A DNA stretch of 64,000 bases, taken from an uncultured virus (IMG/VR IMGVR_UViG_3300006752_004376) (lineage: Duplodnaviria > Heunggongvirae > Uroviricota > Caudoviricetes). The stretch lies in the IMG/VR virus record IMGVR_UViG_3300006752_004376; one strand, given 5' to 3'. Shown here piece after piece: positions 46,461 to 55,635 of this stretch. A program made the translations under genes and the position numbers. The notes under the pieces were generated by a model. It searched no databases, was not told the DNA's origin, and saw only the letters and a program-made list of their open reading frames with translations. Position 1 is the stretch's first letter. Each line of letters starts with the position of its first letter.

Positions 46461-46987
46461 TTTACTTAGCTACTACTTTATTATTTACATTAGCAGTTGT
46501 TACAGTTTATGCAATTATACAAACAGGTAAACATAGATTAATTACATTCTTTTTAATTCCACTTGTGTTAATAAGCAGTCTATATACAGGTTATACAATT
46601 TATGCATTACAAGGAACTCCTATTAATGGAATACCCGAAGGTGAAGTTGAAGTAATTTGGTCTGAGGTACAAAAACCTCATATATTTTATATGGTAAGAA
46701 AAGAAGGTGAAACAAAACCTTTGTATTTTGCTTTACCTTATACAAAAGAAAATGCTAAGAAATTTGCAGAATTAGAAGAACAACGTGAAGGTGGACAAGT
46801 ACCAGTTGGAGAATTTAGAGATACAAACTTAGAAAATAAAGGAAGTTTGTCTAGAAATATGGAAATAGAATTTGACGATATTACACGAACTCCACTTCCT
46901 CCTAAGAAAAAAGAGCTTAAAATGCAGGGTGTTGACCAGCGTATAATCAACGAAATACACAACAATACTGACGAAGCTCCAATTTAA
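46457..46987 (+). CDS. Two-TM membrane protein
   Basis: AAGGAG RBS, ATGA overlap. Confidence 0.75.
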   Translation: MIYLATTLLFTLAVVTVYAIIQTGKHRLITFFLIPLVLISSLYTGYTIYALQGTPINGIPEGEVEVIWSEVQKPHIFYMVRKEGETKPLYFALPYTKENAKKFAELEEQREGGQVPVGEFRDTNLENKGSLSRNMEIEFDDITRTPLPPKKKELKMQGVDQRIINEIHNNTDEAPI

Positions 46988-47024
46988 TACACAAATCAGC
47001 TAAATAATTATATAATTAATTTAT

Positions 47025-47050
47025 AAACCCTTGTTTTACAAGGGTTTTTT
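47025..47050 (+). terminator. Intrinsic terminator
   Basis: AAACCCTTG-TTTTA-CAAGGGTTTTTT. Confidence 0.85.
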
Positions 47051-47064
47051 CTTTACTTATCTGG

Positions 47065-47093
47065 TTGACAATAGTAAGAAGTCTTGCTATAAT
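47065..47093 (+). promoter_or_regulatory. Promoter with AAGA-AG-TCTT element
   Basis: TTGACA-17-TATAAT. Confidence 0.9.
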
Positions 47094-47127
47094 AGTAGTA
47101 TAAGTTAACAAGAAAGGTGTTTACACT

Positions 47128-47415
47128 ATGATTAATTCAGTATTAGAAGCAACAATGAGATCAGCTATTGAGCTGGAAGAAAATATTAACGAAGATGGTA
47201 GCATTAACTGGAGTTTTGTTGATGCTGATGCGTACATGGATTGTTCAAATCTGTTTCGTAGTAACGTTGATTTTTACCAAGCATTTAATGATATTGCTGA
47301 TAAAATTGAAGCTGAGCAACCGGTTGATACTAATGTACAACTAGAGTTGCTGGAGAAGTATCCAAATGCAGAAGAGCAAATTGATATTTTGAAGTCTGAT
47401 TATTTGGGTCAATAA
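47128..47415 (+). CDS. Acidic hypothetical early protein
   Basis: INWSFVDADAY; follows promoter. Confidence 0.75.
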   Translation: MINSVLEATMRSAIELEENINEDGSINWSFVDADAYMDCSNLFRSNVDFYQAFNDIADKIEAEQPVDTNVQLELLEKYPNAEEQIDILKSDYLGQ

Positions 47416-47426
47416 GGAGTACCAAA

Positions 47427-47879
47427 ATGAACGACATTGAGATTGTAGGTGGCACTAAAGCCAAAAGAGACTATGCTCGTTCTATGGTTGAGTTTTGCAT
47501 TAAAAAATTAATGCCACGTATGCAAACTCTTGATATCGTAGTTAAACTTAAAAAATTAGGATCAGATGCAGACGGATATTGTCTGCGTGAAACAGCTCGA
47601 GAATATGAACTAGAAATAGATCATACAACTGGTCTACGTAGGATGTTAGAAACTGTTGCACACGAAATGGTTCATGTTAAGCAATATGCTCGTAACGAAA
47701 TGAGCGATACAGTAACTCAGAAAAAGTTTTATAAGTGGAAAGACACACTGGTGCCAGAGTCAACTGACTATTGGGATCTGCCTTGGGAAATAGAAGCTAA
47801 TGGACGCGAAGTAGGATTGTTTATTAGATGGGCTCAAGCAAATGGACATGCTAAAAAAGCATGGGCTAATATCAAATAA
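47427..47879 (+). CDS. HExxH zinc metallopeptidase-like protein
   Basis: AHEMVHVKQY, PWEIEA. Confidence 0.8.
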   Translation: MNDIEIVGGTKAKRDYARSMVEFCIKKLMPRMQTLDIVVKLKKLGSDADGYCLRETAREYELEIDHTTGLRRMLETVAHEMVHVKQYARNEMSDTVTQKKFYKWKDTLVPESTDYWDLPWEIEANGREVGLFIRWAQANGHAKKAWANIK

Positions 47880-49055
47880 TTAATTGTCAAAGAATGTATC
47901 ATCACCGGGCCAAAGGGGCATAGCAGTTCCTGGTGCTCGTTTTGGTATTTTACTATCAGCACTTGATACACAAGATTTTGTAGTACACACTTTCGGACCA
48001 TCAAATAATTTAAATCCAGTTTCAATGTTACCTAAAGGTTGATCATGACATGAATAAGACCTTTTAACTGATCCATCAGGTTCACGTATAATTATACTAC
48101 GATATCCACTACTACATTCCCAACCTTCAAATTGATTAAAATTAAATGCATTGAATCTTTCAGCTTGATCCATATACCACGGATCACCTTTATCATCTCT
48201 AAATTCTACTTGCATGTTCCAAGGAACTGATGCTGTCTGTTTACGGAAATGATCATCAGGATCAATTTTAAATGTAGGCTTAGGTCTTGTTACTAATTTC
48301 TTTTGTTGTGCTTTAGCTTCAGTGTAACTACGTTGTGGCATACCGTTGTGTAATTTCTTTTTCATATCTTCTGTGTAACCATCAACAATTCTACTTGCAG
48401 TTGGATCACTCTGAGGTTTCAGTGTAACATTAATTCCTTGATTATGGAAGAATAATGCATTATCATAATATTCATCAAACAGTGCTGGCACCATTACCAT
48501 ATTAATTGTTACCTGTACATCATGTTCTTGGCATAGTATTAATTTGTCTGCTAAGTCTTGCATCTTCTCAGGTGTGTTTACGTGTTCAACATGTAAACTT
48601 GCTGTTATACTTGCCCTATGAAACTTACTAGCATAATCACAATATGTTTTAAACCATTTCATATTACGACTACAATTTGAAGTCATGTGTACACTTGTAT
48701 AATTTGTATTATGTACATCATCTGCTAAATGTTTTAACATATCTAAATAACCAGGATGAAATGTAGGCTCACCTCCACTTAAACTAAAATGAAAACTATT
48801 AAATCCACGTTCACGTGCTTGACGTTTAATCTCATCAATTGTTTTTAAATTAAGTTCTGTAGGTCTGTGATCTTTACGACTACTTCTAGCATAAGGCCAA
48901 CAATAGCTACAGTTATAATTGCAAAATCTTCCAATTAACCAACTAACAGTAAACATATCTCTATATAACATATTACGTTGACCAACACGTACTAACTTGT
49001 CATACGGTGTTTTAGTAAAATCGTATTCACTCCATTTTAAATCTTTATCTTCCAT
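47880..49055 (-). CDS. Radical SAM protein with C-terminal twitch/SPASM domain
   Basis: CNYNCSYC, GGEP; WECSSG..YSC..CTTKSC. Confidence 0.9.
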   Translation of the reverse strand: MEDKDLKWSEYDFTKTPYDKLVRVGQRNMLYRDMFTVSWLIGRFCNYNCSYCWPYARSSRKDHRPTELNLKTIDEIKRQARERGFNSFHFSLSGGEPTFHPGYLDMLKHLADDVHNTNYTSVHMTSNCSRNMKWFKTYCDYASKFHRASITASLHVEHVNTPEKMQDLADKLILCQEHDVQVTINMVMVPALFDEYYDNALFFHNQGINVTLKPQSDPTASRIVDGYTEDMKKKLHNGMPQRSYTEAKAQQKKLVTRPKPTFKIDPDDHFRKQTASVPWNMQVEFRDDKGDPWYMDQAERFNAFNFNQFEGWECSSGYRSIIIREPDGSVKRSYSCHDQPLGNIETGFKLFDGPKVCTTKSCVSSADSKIPKRAPGTAMPLWPGDDTFFDN

Positions 49056-49058
49056 TTA

Positions 49059-50066
49059 TTATACCTTCATTAGTCCTTCAAATGGTAACACTGAAAAATC
49101 AGGTCCCCAATGTATTTTACAATACTTTGCCCAATCGAGCAAGTCTTTATGTTCCGATGAATTATATCTTTTTTCATCTATTCTAGAATTTTCTATCTCT
49201 TTAACAACTGTTTCTAAATCAAAATCAAACCAAGTATCCTTGCTTTTTAACCATGGTTTCATTAGTTTATTCAATATATGATGAGTCTCTGTTGTTAAGT
49301 GACCTATTCTTGCATCTGACTTTACAAGAAAATTGGGTCTTATTTGCTCCTTGTTTCCTGCCATTATCATATTTTCTGCTTCATACAATTCTTGTAATTT
49401 GCCTTTTGGAATATTTATATTATGATCATTGAAACCAAATTTAAATGCATTAATCATTTTAATATTAGGTCTAATACTAATCATTTGTTGACATAAACTA
49501 GCCCAAATTAACTTATCTCTATATGGATAGTTACTGTATACATGTGTATGATAGTCAATGTATGTCTTTAACAAATTATGTACTTGAAAGTTCTGCGGTT
49601 GTTCTTTTTTATAACGTGCAAGCCAATGCTCGCATTGTTCCGCTGATGTACAGTTAATTGGAACGCCTTGCATAAAATTAGTACGTTGAAACGTTGAATC
49701 ATAAAAACTTGCAGGACCGTGCCAATTGTCTGCTATGTCGTGTCTATCTTTTATATGTGTATGTCGCATGTCATGTGTTGCAACAAAAATAACAGTATCA
49801 TACTCTTGGTGATATTTTAAAAATTGCAAGTAGCTCCATACTATATCAGTGCCGCCTCTGCCAAAAGTATGTACAGTATCGTACTCTAAATCTTGTCCTA
49901 GTAATCTATACCAAGTAGGCATTTCTCTGAGATATGAATCTCTAAATTCTTTACGATTGTCTATTGCTGACCTATATTTTCCAGGTCCTAATATTTGCAT
50001 TAAATCAGAGCCAGGCGCAGAAAATAATTCAGCAAAACTATCTCCAAAAATTGCTAACTTTTTCAT
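49059..50066 (-). CDS. SGNH/GDSL-like protein, paralog 1
   Basis: FGDSF, GGTD, DARIGHL. Confidence 0.7.
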   Translation of the reverse strand: MKKLAIFGDSFAELFSAPGSDLMQILGPGKYRSAIDNRKEFRDSYLREMPTWYRLLGQDLEYDTVHTFGRGGTDIVWSYLQFLKYHQEYDTVIFVATHDMRHTHIKDRHDIADNWHGPASFYDSTFQRTNFMQGVPINCTSAEQCEHWLARYKKEQPQNFQVHNLLKTYIDYHTHVYSNYPYRDKLIWASLCQQMISIRPNIKMINAFKFGFNDHNINIPKGKLQELYEAENMIMAGNKEQIRPNFLVKSDARIGHLTTETHHILNKLMKPWLKSKDTWFDFDLETVVKEIENSRIDEKRYNSSEHKDLLDWAKYCKIHWGPDFSVLPFEGLMKV

Positions 50067-51070
50067 TCTATATCCCTTAATATATTATTATATCTTGCCC
50101 ACGATAAAACGTTTTTATGTTCTCTTACAAAATATCTTTTCTTGTCTAGATTATATGTATTTAGTTGTTTTATAATTGCCTCTAAATCAAAATCAAACCA
50201 TGTGTTATTATCAGTAAGCCACGGTTTCATTAATTTGTATAATATTCTATGTGTTTCAGTTGTTAGATGTCCTATCCTTGCATCACTGTGTAATGCTAAA
50301 TGTGGCATAGTCTCAGATGCATCTGCAAAACTTAATGTTTGATCAAATATTGCTTCACCATTATCAAATATATCATTTTCTGCTTTATATAATAATTGTA
50401 TTTTTCCACTTGGAATATTAAATTCATTTTCTATATAACTGTCTGGTGTTGCATTAATCATTTTAACATCAGGTCTTATTCTTATAATATTGTCTAATAT
50501 TGAAGCCCAAATTAATTTATCTCTATCAGGAAATACTGGTGTTACATGCTCATGATAATCTAGATACGTTTGAAAAGCATGAATTACTGGCATATCAATA
50601 TTCATTAATTTTTGACTTTCTTTTGCTATTTTATGGTTGTTTCTATTAAGCCATTTATTTGCATCGTCTACTGTGCAATTAACTGGTCTTTCATCTAATT
50701 GATATCCTTTAACTATATGATTTGGATCGTACATAGATGCTTCACCTGTTATATCTTTTGTATCATGTCCATGTTGTATATGTGTATGATTAATACTTCG
50801 TGTTGCAACAAAAATAACAGTATCATAATCTTGGTGATATCTTAAAAACTGTAAGTAACTCCATACTACATCAGTACCACCTTTACCAAATGTATGCATT
50901 TGATTATCATATAATTCTTCTCCTAGTAATCTATACCAAGTAGGCATCTCTTTATGATAAGCATCTCTAAATGTCTTGCGATCTTCTTGTCTAACTTTCA
51001 TCCACGCTTTTTCACCTGGGTTAGAAAAAAGCTCTGTAAAACTATTACCAAATATTGCTAGTTTTTTCAT
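50063..51070 (-). CDS. SGNH/GDSL-like protein, paralog 2
   Basis: FGNSF, GGTD, DARIGHL. Confidence 0.7.
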   Translation of the reverse strand: MKKLAIFGNSFTELFSNPGEKAWMKVRQEDRKTFRDAYHKEMPTWYRLLGEELYDNQMHTFGKGGTDVVWSYLQFLRYHQDYDTVIFVATRSINHTHIQHGHDTKDITGEASMYDPNHIVKGYQLDERPVNCTVDDANKWLNRNNHKIAKESQKLMNIDMPVIHAFQTYLDYHEHVTPVFPDRDKLIWASILDNIIRIRPDVKMINATPDSYIENEFNIPSGKIQLLYKAENDIFDNGEAIFDQTLSFADASETMPHLALHSDARIGHLTTETHRILYKLMKPWLTDNNTWFDFDLEAIIKQLNTYNLDKKRYFVREHKNVLSWARYNNILRDIE

Positions 51071-51978
51071 TCTGGAACCTTTATATTATTATACCTTGCC
51101 CATTCAAATAAATTAGTATGTTTGTCATAGCAATATCTTTTTGTATCTAATGTAAACGTATCTAAGTATTTTCTAAAATAATTTATATTAAAATTAAACC
51201 ATGTTTCGTCATTTGTTAACCAGTTATTAATTAGCTCTGCTAGCTTTATATGTGTTTCAGTTGTTAGATGTCCTATCCTTGCATCTCTTGTAACATTTAT
51301 GTATTCATTTTCAATCTTACATATATCATGCAAAGAAACTACTCTAGGAACTTTTATACTTTCTGGCATAGATATTTTGTCTTGTATATAATAGTGATCA
51401 GAAAAAGCATTAATCATTTTAACATCAGGTCTTATTCTTTTTATGTTATCTATTGTGTGTGCCCATACTAACAAATCTCTATCTGGAAAATTAGTAACAA
51501 CATGAGTATGATATTTTATATATGTTTCAAACAATTTGTGTAAAGCAATTTCATTAGGACTGTTTTTAATATGCTTATCTAAGAATATTTTACACAATTT
51601 TAATGAAGTAACATTTGCTATACCTTCTGTACCCATGAAGTTATCTTTTTGCCAAGTGGCATTATAATGAGGTTCTTTGATATTATGTCTTATATGCGTA
51701 TGTCTTGTATATTGAGATGGTACAAAAATAATAGTATCGTAATCTTTATGATGCCTTAAGAACTGCAAATAACTCCACATTATATCAGTGCCGCCTTTGC
51801 CAAACGAATGTACTACATCATATCCTTTAAGAAGCTTCCACCATATTGGCCATTTGGTTTGATATGACTGACTAAATTCACGTTGTTGTTCTTTGGTTGC
51901 TATTGCTGAATGTAGTGTAACGGCATGTTGTTCAAATAATTCAGTAAAGCTATCGCCAAAGATAGCTATTTTCTTCAT
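51067..51978 (-). CDS. SGNH/GDSL-like protein, paralog 3
   Basis: FGDSF, GGTD, DARIGHL. Confidence 0.7.
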   Translation of the reverse strand: MKKIAIFGDSFTELFEQHAVTLHSAIATKEQQREFSQSYQTKWPIWWKLLKGYDVVHSFGKGGTDIMWSYLQFLRHHKDYDTIIFVPSQYTRHTHIRHNIKEPHYNATWQKDNFMGTEGIANVTSLKLCKIFLDKHIKNSPNEIALHKLFETYIKYHTHVVTNFPDRDLLVWAHTIDNIKRIRPDVKMINAFSDHYYIQDKISMPESIKVPRVVSLHDICKIENEYINVTRDARIGHLTTETHIKLAELINNWLTNDETWFNFNINYFRKYLDTFTLDTKRYCYDKHTNLFEWARYNNIKVPE

Positions 51979-53279
51979 TTATCTATATCCGTAATAGTGT
52001 GGTTAAATTTACAAAATGCTTCATATTTTTCTTCGTGCTTGTTATGGTCAATAGCTGATTGCAACCAACTAATAGCACCATTTAAATGTGTTTCAAACAT
52101 AAAGCGTCTACCTACCATACGTCTTTCTGGTGTGTTTAAGCTGTCAAATACACGTTTTAAGCCGTCTATTCCACGTTGAAGCTCCTCTGGGCGTAATACG
52201 TTAGCATGTAGGAAATCCGGCCATTGTACACGGCTTGTATGCCAATGTATACCTAATTCAAATACAATAGCTTCTGCTGTCTCACCTAATTCTTTTGCAT
52301 TCATTCCACTAATACAAGTGGTTCCTTTTATAACATCAATGTTGTTTAAATTCTCTTTTACTAATTTAATATTGCTCTTAAGCAACTCCCAATCAGAACC
52401 TCTTCTAATTTTAGCATTAAGTTCTTTATGACCGTCTATGCTTATTGTTAGCTTAATACTTTTAAATTTTTTCCATAAGTCAATCACATGGTGTTTACCC
52501 AACTTCATGATACTTAAATTTGTGCTATATTTTAATGTAACGTTTTCTGGATGTGGTATAGTTTCCAACACACGATAATGAATTGGATCCATAAGAGGTT
52601 CACCACCTGCGAATTCAATTTCTTCTACAGTACCCATTAGCTCTAGCAAGTGATTGACAAAGTGTTCGTCTTTTTCATACAAGTTCATTACTCTAGATTT
52701 ATGTAGGTCATTGCTATCAATAATTTCATCTACATATTCTCTATCATTTTTATTATAAAATTGTTTTACTTTATCCCAATCGGACATCCACTTAGAACTA
52801 TCTTTAGGCCAACACATACGGCATTTAAAATTACATACATTTGAAAGTTTTAATTCAATTAATGGTATTTTAAAATCTACTTCTCTTTCTGTTAAGTATT
52901 TTGTTACTGCATCTTTAGTAGATTTAGTTTCCATTAAGTCTGTTAATCTATTCATACGTAAACTAACAATATCATTATCTTCCATCTTCCAACAATTCTT
53001 ACATTGTTCATGTTTATGTCCAGTAATTAATGAATCACGAATCTCATTCATATATTCACTGTGCCAGTAATCTTTGAGATTAAAATCTTCGTCTTTAACG
53101 TTTGGATTTTTACCACCCTTTGGAGGCTGTGCTCTACAACACAATTTTACTTCACCATGTGGCATAGTACTTACATGAACAAATGGTAATGGACAAAATG
53201 ATGATTTGTCTACTGGTAGGTTACCAATTTTTCCTATTGCATTTTCATAAAATTTTTCGTAGTTACTTTTTTTGCTCAT
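51975..53279 (-). CDS. Radical SAM protein with N-terminal SPASM/twitch domain
   Basis: CNFKCRMC, GGEP; FCPLPF..LCC..CKNC. Confidence 0.9.
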   Translation of the reverse strand: MSKKSNYEKFYENAIGKIGNLPVDKSSFCPLPFVHVSTMPHGEVKLCCRAQPPKGGKNPNVKDEDFNLKDYWHSEYMNEIRDSLITGHKHEQCKNCWKMEDNDIVSLRMNRLTDLMETKSTKDAVTKYLTEREVDFKIPLIELKLSNVCNFKCRMCWPKDSSKWMSDWDKVKQFYNKNDREYVDEIIDSNDLHKSRVMNLYEKDEHFVNHLLELMGTVEEIEFAGGEPLMDPIHYRVLETIPHPENVTLKYSTNLSIMKLGKHHVIDLWKKFKSIKLTISIDGHKELNAKIRRGSDWELLKSNIKLVKENLNNIDVIKGTTCISGMNAKELGETAEAIVFELGIHWHTSRVQWPDFLHANVLRPEELQRGIDGLKRVFDSLNTPERRMVGRRFMFETHLNGAISWLQSAIDHNKHEEKYEAFCKFNHTITDIDK

Positions 53280-53668
53280 TTTTTATCTGTTATCCCTGAA
53301 TTATAAACTTCGTCCATCCAGTCATCTTTTCCTATTCTTAATCTGTGTACATGTTCTGGTAATGCTTTTGATAACTGTACATCAGCGGCACATATACATC
53401 TTGGCTTGTTGCATATAATAGTTTCTTGTGGCATTTCAAATCCATCATATATATTTCCTAGTTTGCCACCAACCTTGCATATAGCTCTATATACATCACC
53501 TGTGTTACTTATTGTAATATTTTGTACGCCTGCCCAACATTCCCAACCACGGAAATCGTTCTCATCACGTGCCATAACATTGTTTACATTATCTTCTTCG
53601 CTTGTACCGTCTTCGTAGTGTACAATTATATTTTTAAAATTATTCAATTGTGTACCTCTCGAAATCAT
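53276..53668 (-). CDS. Stand-alone SPASM/twitch domain
   Basis: GWECWAG..AIC..LGNI..CNKPRCICAAD. Confidence 0.8.
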   Translation of the reverse strand: MISRGTQLNNFKNIIVHYEDGTSEEDNVNNVMARDENDFRGWECWAGVQNITISNTGDVYRAICKVGGKLGNIYDGFEMPQETIICNKPRCICAADVQLSKALPEHVHRLRIGKDDWMDEVYNSGITDKK

Positions 53669-54920
53669 CTTTTAAAAGATTATAAAACTCAGGAAATACA
53701 TCTTTAAAACTTTCATTTCTTATTTTGTCTAGCCTTTTAGTTATTTTTATAAACAATTTCCATTGTTCCGGATCTTGGTTTTTTGTCCACATGTAATCTA
53801 ATACTGCAGGTGTCCACTTACTGTCACTATCTTTGTATTTTTCATTTATTACATGTTTAATATTAGTTGGTAAATTTCTTATATCATGTATTCCACTAAA
53901 AACAAAATGATCTGCATGACTACCTAATGGATAGCCTAGTTCTTTGAATTGCTTTTCAATAGTATCTAAATAGAATATATTAAGAGTATTTACCGTTGGA
54001 TCTACAAGTGCTCCTAATTGAAGCTTTCCTTTAAGTGAGTTTGATAGTAATTTTACTGCTTTAAACTTTTTTAAGTTTTCTTTTACTTGATCCCATTTTG
54101 CTTCTTTACGTTGATATTCAAATCTTTGTGCAACATCATCAATGCTTATTTGAAATTTTACATGTTTAAAATTTGTATATAATTTCCACTGCTCATCTGT
54201 TGGATAATAAGTACCATTTGTGTTATATCTAATAGTAATGTCACTACAATCTCTACTAGCTACTAATTTTTCAAGTAACTGAAAATGTTCTAGTACCATA
54301 AAAGGTTCACCACCCATAAAATGTAAATCTCGTATTTCGTCTAACTGAGTTACATCATTCCAAAAATTAGGATCATCGACCCAGTTACATTGTTGTGTAT
54401 AATTAAACGCAAATGAATCTTTAAATTTTATGTTTTTATTTTCTTTTAGAATATAGTGATCTTTTGTCCACGTACTGCTATTGTGTATTCCACATATTCT
54501 ACATTTTAAATTACATCTATTTCCCGGTTTAATTTCTAACCATTGTAATGATGCTTCTGGAGTATTGCCCATCATTACTGATTCAGTAAATGCTATAGAC
54601 ATGTCATTTGATGAATATCTACTACGTATACTGTATGGTGCATTCCAGCACACATTACATTTTGGATGTTGTTTGTTGTCTTTAAATGCTTGTACAAATT
54701 CTTGTCTTTCAGGATGATTGTATACTTTTTCTATTGTATTGCCTGTAACATTAATATTATCAAAAGGGTCTCCCATACAACAAGGTCTTACTTGCCCATT
54801 TGCCTCAATTGCCATATGAATAAACGGTAATGCACAGAAATTGTTTCCAGGTTGAGCCATCCATTCTTTAACTTTCCGTTTTCTATCTTCTGTATTTTTA
54901 TAATAATTAGAATCAGGCAT
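53640..54920 (-). CDS. Radical SAM protein with N-terminal SPASM/twitch domain
   Basis: CNLKCRIC, GGEP; FCALPF..PCC..CNVC. Confidence 0.9.
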   Translation of the reverse strand: MPDSNYYKNTEDRKRKVKEWMAQPGNNFCALPFIHMAIEANGQVRPCCMGDPFDNINVTGNTIEKVYNHPERQEFVQAFKDNKQHPKCNVCWNAPYSIRSRYSSNDMSIAFTESVMMGNTPEASLQWLEIKPGNRCNLKCRICGIHNSSTWTKDHYILKENKNIKFKDSFAFNYTQQCNWVDDPNFWNDVTQLDEIRDLHFMGGEPFMVLEHFQLLEKLVASRDCSDITIRYNTNGTYYPTDEQWKLYTNFKHVKFQISIDDVAQRFEYQRKEAKWDQVKENLKKFKAVKLLSNSLKGKLQLGALVDPTVNTLNIFYLDTIEKQFKELGYPLGSHADHFVFSGIHDIRNLPTNIKHVINEKYKDSDSKWTPAVLDYMWTKNQDPEQWKLFIKITKRLDKIRNESFKDVFPEFYNLLKDDFERYTIE

Positions 54921-55635
54921 TTATTTTCAACCACTCCTCTTCTTCAGCACTGTAATATTGACCAGCAAACTTTTCTGTTTCTTCATGTTTAGGATGTTGT
55001 CCTAACATACCGTCAGCATATGGTTTATTCCAACCTGTACGATCCATATTAACACGTGGTCGAATTTTTCTTATAGTGTATTCAACACCACATTCTTTTA
55101 GTTCGTCTATAATTTCTTTCCATTGTGGTAAGTGCCCAGGCAATGCCATAATATGAACATGCATACCTTTATAGTCATCTTTAGCTCTATATTCTTGTAT
55201 ATCTTTCCACATGCCAGTTATATTATTAATAACTTTCTCATGGTAAGCAAATTCAAAATGATAACTGATTACAACATAGTGTAAATATGGTAATGCTTTT
55301 TTATATATTTTAGGTGGAGGACTTCCGTTAGTAGTAACACTACAACGATATACACCATTCTCTTTAGCATATTTTAGCATATCAATAAATTTAGGATGTA
55401 CAAACGGCTCGCCGCCGGTGAAACTAATTTTAATCTTTTTGCCATTAGCAGCTTCTACTATTTTATCTATAGTAGCAGTATATACTTCCCAAGGCATATG
55501 TTCACTTGTTTTGTTATGTAATTCATTTCCACAATAGCTACAATTGTAATTGCAACGTTTTCCTAGATTCCATTCTACTCGTAATAACTCATCTTTAGGT
55601 GCATGATTATCTTCAATACCTACAAGTTTTCTCAT
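54913..55635 (-). CDS. Radical SAM core without SPASM domain
   Basis: CNYNCSYC, GGEP, TTNG. Confidence 0.88.
   Translation of the reverse strand: MRKLVGIEDNHAPKDELLRVEWNLGKRCNYNCSYCGNELHNKTSEHMPWEVYTATIDKIVEAANGKKIKISFTGGEPFVHPKFIDMLKYAKENGVYRCSVTTNGSPPPKIYKKALPYLHYVVISYHFEFAYHEKVINNITGMWKDIQEYRAKDDYKGMHVHIMALPGHLPQWKEIIDELKECGVEYTIRKIRPRVNMDRTGWNKPYADGMLGQHPKHEETEKFAGQYYSAEEEEWLKINA

Noticed and set aside
45431..46987. Zorya defence system
   Set aside because: The MotA-like protein lacks the long ZorA tail, the partner lacks an OmpA-like motif, and no ZorC/D/E genes are present
53640..54920. Intron or mobile element interrupting the split radical SAM
   Set aside because: The insert is entirely coding, overlaps both neighbours, and shows no room for ribozyme structure, no endonuclease and no terminal repeats
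47880..55635. QueE assignment for the CNYNCSYC radical SAM proteins
   Set aside because: No QueE N-terminal QGEG signature; SPASM-type partner domains; not linked to queD
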